NCBI GenBank assembly: GCA_021108215.1
Contig: JAIORK010000050.1
Coordinates: 10,498-74,497 of the forward strand
Source of the DNA: a bacterium
GTDB lineage: Bacteria; Oederibacteriota; JAAXVQ01; JAUVAV01
Direction: 5' to 3'
DNA: 64,000 nucleotides
Position 1 is the first letter of the stretch. Each line of letters starts with the position of its first letter. The notes beneath the pieces are model-generated. The model saw only the letters and a list, made by a program, of their open reading frames with translations. It did no database searches and had not been told where the DNA came from. Shown here one piece after another: positions 59,946-64,000 of this stretch. The position numbers and the translations under genes are program-made.

Positions 59946-60566
59946 TCAATTCCAGGAAGAAAAATGCTTCAGTATTGTTCGGATTGCGTCTTCATGGCCT
60001 GTCCCAAAAAAAAGCAGTCCTTTTTCATGGCCGCCCATAATAACCGTCCCGCCTTTGAGAACATTACGATCACTTATCAAGGCGGCAATCGCGCGTGCCA
60101 TTTCCGGTGTTCCATAGGTTGCCTGGGAAGACGTGGTGGGCAGTACATTCCGGTATTTTTCCCACATCCCTTGATGATGTATGTGAATCACGTTGGAAAT
60201 ACTTTGAAACTGACGGTAAATGTATGCATGCGTCATGGACTCAGAGGAAGCCTGGATGGGTCCCTGACAGTCAAGCCGGTTTTCTTCCAGATCAAATCCA
60301 ACCACCCGGGTTACATGTTCGGATGCAATAGATACCAGATGACCCGTCTGGGTTCCGGTAACAATGAAGTCATCTGTTTTGTCAATCCGCAGACTGACAT
60401 TGCCGTACCCGATCCCGGCTGAATCCACACCCACCAAACCTTTGGCAAGCAACCGGCTGCGGATGGCATCCATGGCTTTCCACGGCCAGGCAGTATCTGC
60501 CCTGGTTTTGGTCCAGTGGCAATTAAATTTTAAAACACCTTCTCTGGGTTCCGGCATCGAACTCAT
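59946..60566 (-). CDS. Class II aldolase/adducin family protein
   Basis: GNVSLR, ASSES.TH..IY, VIHIH, GH..GL metal-binding pattern. Confidence 0.88.
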   Translation of the reverse strand: MSSMPEPREGVLKFNCHWTKTRADTAWPWKAMDAIRSRLLAKGLVGVDSAGIGYGNVSLRIDKTDDFIVTGTQTGHLVSIASEHVTRVVGFDLEENRLDCQGPIQASSESMTHAYIYRQFQSISNVIHIHHQGMWEKYRNVLPTTSSQATYGTPEMARAIAALISDRNVLKGGTVIMGGHEKGLLFFGTGHEDAIRTILKHFSSWN

Positions 60567-61666
60567 CGGTGGTCGGGATAAAGACTCAGGATACTTCTTT
60601 CTTCCGCCTCACAGACTCCCCGCTCCGTAATCAATCCGGTCACAAGATGTGCCGGGGTCACATCAAATCCGTAATTAGCGACCGGACTACCCTTCGGGGT
60701 CAACAATACCTGTTTGATTTCCCCGTCGCATACGCCCTGAATCTTCCTGACTTCTTCCCCGCCCCGTTCTTCAATGGGAATTTCCTGCAACCCATTGCGC
60801 ATGGTCCAGTCAAATGTGGAAGACGGCAGCGCGACATAAAAAGGAACCGTATTATCTTTGGCAGCCAGTGCTTTTAGGTAGGTCCCGATTTTATTGGCCA
60901 CGTCACCTGTCCGGGTCGTGCGGTCACTCCCCACGATCACCATGTCAACCATCCCGTGCTGCATCAGGTGACCGCCGGCATTGTCCACAATCACGGTGTG
61001 CGGAACATGATGCTGTCCCATTTCCCAAGCGGTGAGACGCGCACCTTGGTTCCAGGGGCGTGTCTCATCCACCCAGACATGCACCGGGATGCCGGCATCG
61101 AACGCAGCATAAATCGGTGCGGTTGCTGTTCCATAATCAACACATGCCAACCAACCGGCATTGCAATGCGTAAGAATGTTGACCGGCTTCCCGTCCTTGG
61201 ATTCGCTGATTTTCCTGATAATATCCATACCATACCCGCCAATCTTCCGGCATGCGTCCTCTTCCTTAAGTGCAATGGCAATGGCATTGCTCATCGCAAG
61301 CGATTTTTTCTCACCCAGGTCATTGCCTTTGGCTATTTTGGAAAACTGTAAATCAACCGCCCAGGCCAAATTCACTGCAGTAGGACGTGATGCTTTCAGT
61401 TTTTCAGCGGATTCCATCACAAAAGCATCAAACCGGTCGGCCGGCGCTTCCAATGTGGCAATATACATCCCATACGCCGCTGCCACACCAATCAAAATCG
61501 CACCGCGAACATGCATCTCCCCGATAGCACGCACAAAATCATCGACCTGTTTTAATTCCTCAATTACAAACGCATGCGGTAGACGTGTTTGATCAATAAT
61601 AAATACCGTATCTTTTTTCCGGTCATTGAGCCAGATGGTCTTCGTCGCTTTCCCATTAACTTTCAT
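60563..61666 (-). CDS. mtnA: S-methyl-5-thioribose-1-phosphate isomerase
   Basis: IDQTRLP, VRGA..IG, RPTAVNL, LTHCNAG.LA..YGTA, DETRP..QGARLT.WE, NKIGT, FDVTP. Confidence 0.95.
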   Translation of the reverse strand: MKVNGKATKTIWLNDRKKDTVFIIDQTRLPHAFVIEELKQVDDFVRAIGEMHVRGAILIGVAAAYGMYIATLEAPADRFDAFVMESAEKLKASRPTAVNLAWAVDLQFSKIAKGNDLGEKKSLAMSNAIAIALKEEDACRKIGGYGMDIIRKISESKDGKPVNILTHCNAGWLACVDYGTATAPIYAAFDAGIPVHVWVDETRPWNQGARLTAWEMGQHHVPHTVIVDNAGGHLMQHGMVDMVIVGSDRTTRTGDVANKIGTYLKALAAKDNTVPFYVALPSSTFDWTMRNGLQEIPIEERGGEEVRKIQGVCDGEIKQVLLTPKGSPVANYGFDVTPAHLVTGLITERGVCEAEERSILSLYPDHR

Positions 61667-61730
61667 CACTTCCTCCAGGTTGATCAATTGCTTGGCATTG
61701 TAGCATAGGTGAGGAACCCCGCCGTGCTAT

Positions 61731-61840
61731 TTATCGTGCCAGCGCGAACACGATGGACAGCCTGCCCCGCGAACTTGCCCAGCTTGCCCCGCGTATGCGG
61801 TGGCGAATGCCGGGTGCCGGGTAAGCCCGTGGATTTTTAT
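61731..61840 (-). repeat. Nested palindromic intergenic element (copy C, inverted)
   Basis: Reverse complement reads ATAAAAATCCACGGGCTTACCCGGCACCCGGCATTCGCC...CCATCGTGTTCGCGCTGGCACGATAA; overlaps the ADH stop codon. Confidence 0.85.
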
Positions 61841-62946
61841 TTCTTCTTAGAAAAATTTTCAGAAAGCATTTCAAAAAGCAGCGCCTCTGTCACCGTATAG
61901 GGATTATTCATATGATTGTGTGAATGAATTGCCTTGGCAGCATAGCATTTTTGTTCTTCTTGGGTCAGGACTATTTTTTTTGGAAAAATTTTTCCCAAAA
62001 AAACCTGAAATGCTCCCCAGTGTTCCAGGCGCAAAAGACTCAAAACCCGGTTGGCCTTGCTGCTCACGCTTGCGCATCGCTTCATCTGGCTGGTTAAAAG
62101 ATACCCATTGGCCCGTCCATGGGGTATCTTTTTATGATACGTCAAGGGATATCCCAAGGCATGCACGGTTGCGGTTCCGGCGGTTGCGATCACCATCCCC
62201 CCCAGTGTGGATGCCAGCATGAGCTTTTCCCGTACCCCTCGGTTGATATCCTCGTGCTCCAGATTGAGCATACATTCGCGAAAAATTTGAAGTCCTTTTT
62301 CAGCCAGGGTATCGGTTAAAACATTGGCTTTTTTTGAAATGTACCCTTCCAAAAGATGCGAGAGCGCATCAATTGCGGTATCCAGGGTAATGGCCCACGG
62401 GAGATCCAGTGTATAGACCGCATCAACCAACGCCAGCTGGGGAAATGTATAATAGCCGGCAAATGCCCTTTTGGACCCTTTCCTTTGATCTGTCAACACG
62501 CCATACGGTGTTACTTCGGTTCCGGTCCCCGCCGTAGTGGGTATTGCCACAATGGGCAACGCCGGTGTCAAATAGTCCATCGTATACAATTGTTCCGGTG
62601 CCATACCGGGATTTGCCATCAGGACGGCCATGGCCTTGGCCGCATCAATGGCAGAACCACCGCCTACCCCGACAACCACGCTTACCGCTGCTGCGCGTCC
62701 ACAGGCCGCACCGTTTTCCACGGTTTCAAAGGAAGGATCCGGTTCAACGCCGCAAAACAATTCATAACCTAAATCGGCCTTTGCCAGACTTTTTTTCAAA
62801 TCATCCAGGGAACCGTTTTTCGCTGCCGAAGTTTTACCGGTTACCACCAGTGCTTTTTTTCCAAACCGCGTCCATTCCTTGGTTTGCGCTGTCACACAAT
62901 GATTGCCAAAAAACAGTCGCGTCGGATTATAAAATTGAACAGACAT
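61837..62946 (-). CDS. Iron-containing alcohol dehydrogenase
   Basis: GGGSAIDAAK, IPTTAGTGTEVT, DALSHLLE, VHALGY, PHG. Confidence 0.93.
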   Translation of the reverse strand: MSVQFYNPTRLFFGNHCVTAQTKEWTRFGKKALVVTGKTSAAKNGSLDDLKKSLAKADLGYELFCGVEPDPSFETVENGAACGRAAAVSVVVGVGGGSAIDAAKAMAVLMANPGMAPEQLYTMDYLTPALPIVAIPTTAGTGTEVTPYGVLTDQRKGSKRAFAGYYTFPQLALVDAVYTLDLPWAITLDTAIDALSHLLEGYISKKANVLTDTLAEKGLQIFRECMLNLEHEDINRGVREKLMLASTLGGMVIATAGTATVHALGYPLTYHKKIPHGRANGYLLTSQMKRCASVSSKANRVLSLLRLEHWGAFQVFLGKIFPKKIVLTQEEQKCYAAKAIHSHNHMNNPYTVTEALLFEMLSENFSKKK

Positions 62947-62961
62947 CAAGCCGCCTCTCAC

Positions 62962-63417
62962 TTAAAACCAGGGTGTGTCCACCAACTTGATAACCGGTTT
63001 GAATCGCTTTTTCCACGCACTCAAAATCGGCTCTCGAATTTCGGGATAAAACGTCAACTGCTTTAGCTCTGCCGGTGTAACCCAGCAAACACCTTTCAGT
63101 CTGCGGTCGGGATTCAAATGAAGCCGGCCACCTTGCAAGCGGGCATAAAACGTCAAATTTAAAATATGCCGTTTTCCCCGTGGTGCAATGGATTCATTAA
63201 TAAAAAGCAAGGAACCCACCTTTATTTCCAAAGAGAGTTCCTCCATAAATTCACGCGCCAAACCAGCCTCACAGGTCTCACCCCACTCAAGTCCGCCTCC
63301 GGGAAGTAAAAAATATTCCTTGCCCGCACGGTGATGTTTAACCACCAGCAACTTACCCTTTTGTACCACCACACCGCCCAAACGAATACGGGGTAACCGC
63401 TCTTGGGCAGTACTCAC
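62962..63417 (-). CDS. NUDIX hydrolase
   Basis: [24 protein letters not shown] Nudix box. Confidence 0.92.
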   Translation of the reverse strand: MSTAQERLPRIRLGGVVVQKGKLLVVKHHRAGKEYFLLPGGGLEWGETCEAGLAREFMEELSLEIKVGSLLFINESIAPRGKRHILNLTFYARLQGGRLHLNPDRRLKGVCWVTPAELKQLTFYPEIREPILSAWKKRFKPVIKLVDTPWF

Positions 63418-64000
63418 AATAAGCTCCCCTGTTCTCTTGGCGGCAGGCTTATCCCCAGATGTGTATAGGCTGCCAACGTTACCTTGCGCCCCATCGAGGT
63501 TCTTTGTAAAAACCCGGTTTGAATTAAAAACGGTTCATAAACATCTTCCAGCGTCCCGGTTTCTTCCCCCAGGGCAACCGCAATGGTTTCAATCCCTACC
63601 GGTCCGCCGTTATAATGTTCAATAATGATCTTCAGCAGCCGGCGGTCCATCATATCCAATCCCCTCGCATCAATTTCCATCATCCCCAATGCTTCAGATG
63701 CAATCTGTTTATCCATCTTGCCGGCGTTTTTTACTTGCGCATAATCCCTGACTCTTTTTAGCAACCGGTTGGCAATACGCGGCGTCCCTCGCGAACGACG
63801 CGCAATCTCCAGGGCGCCATCCTTATGCAAGACGAGTGAATAAACCGATGCTGATCTCTCGATGATTTGCTGCAATTCCTCGGGTTGGTAAAAATCCAGC
63901 CGGTGCGAAACTCCAAAGCGGTCCCGCAGCGGCCCGGTGATCAGCCCGGCCCGGGTGGTCGCGCCAATGAGCGTGAATTTGGGTAAATCCAAACGAATGG
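63414..64000 (-). CDS. ruvB: Holliday junction helicase RuvB, 5' part off window
   Basis: [11 protein letters not shown]...[37 protein letters not shown]. Confidence 0.97.
   Translation of the reverse strand, partial: IRLDLPKFTLIGATTRAGLITGPLRDRFGVSHRLDFYQPEELQQIIERSASVYSLVLHKDGALEIARRSRGTPRIANRLLKRVRDYAQVKNAGKMDKQIASEALGMMEIDARGLDMMDRRLLKIIIEHYNGGPVGIETIAVALGEETGTLEDVYEPFLIQTGFLQRTSMGRKVTLAAYTHLGISLPPREQGSLL

Overview
Bacterial chromosome window. Most of it is a minus-strand housekeeping backbone: ruvB, mtnA, trpS-scpA-scpB-rluB, pheA-hisC-aroF-tyrA-aroA-cmk-plsC-ispH-rpsA, xseA/xseB-ispA-dxs-tlyA-recN, a 2-oxoacid:ferredoxin oxidoreductase operon, tRNA-Val and tRNA-Asp, dapL and mtaB. The organism looks like an anaerobe. 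Secreted beta-helix proteins with Thr/Pro linkers and a T9SS-like C-terminal domain hint at an FCPU426/Firestonebacteria-like lineage, which is an inference only. The best signal lies directly downstream of tRNA-Asp: a tandem array of two ~3 kb integrase-less cassettes (about 20.3-26.6 kb) separated by three repeated junctions. Each junction has a hairpin with conserved arms and a variable or flipped loop, plus the 8-bp tRNA 3' end. The two distal junctions continue into an element arm that mimics the tRNA T-arm shifted by exactly 5 bp, the attP/attB geometry of large serine recombinases. Cargo is an ablB-ablA (N-epsilon-acetyl-beta-lysine) pair in one cassette, and a secreted beta-helix protein plus an apparently complete ORF-less class D-like group II intron with matching EBS1/IBS1 in the other. 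Also noted: a 3.58 kb insertion splitting xseA-xseB with an 11-bp duplication, several REP/MITE-like palindrome families (one inside a CDS), a catalytically degenerate adenylate cyclase, a candidate DHAP-shunt cluster, and two small frameshifting deletions that could be assembly artefacts. All calls are by eye; no searches were run.
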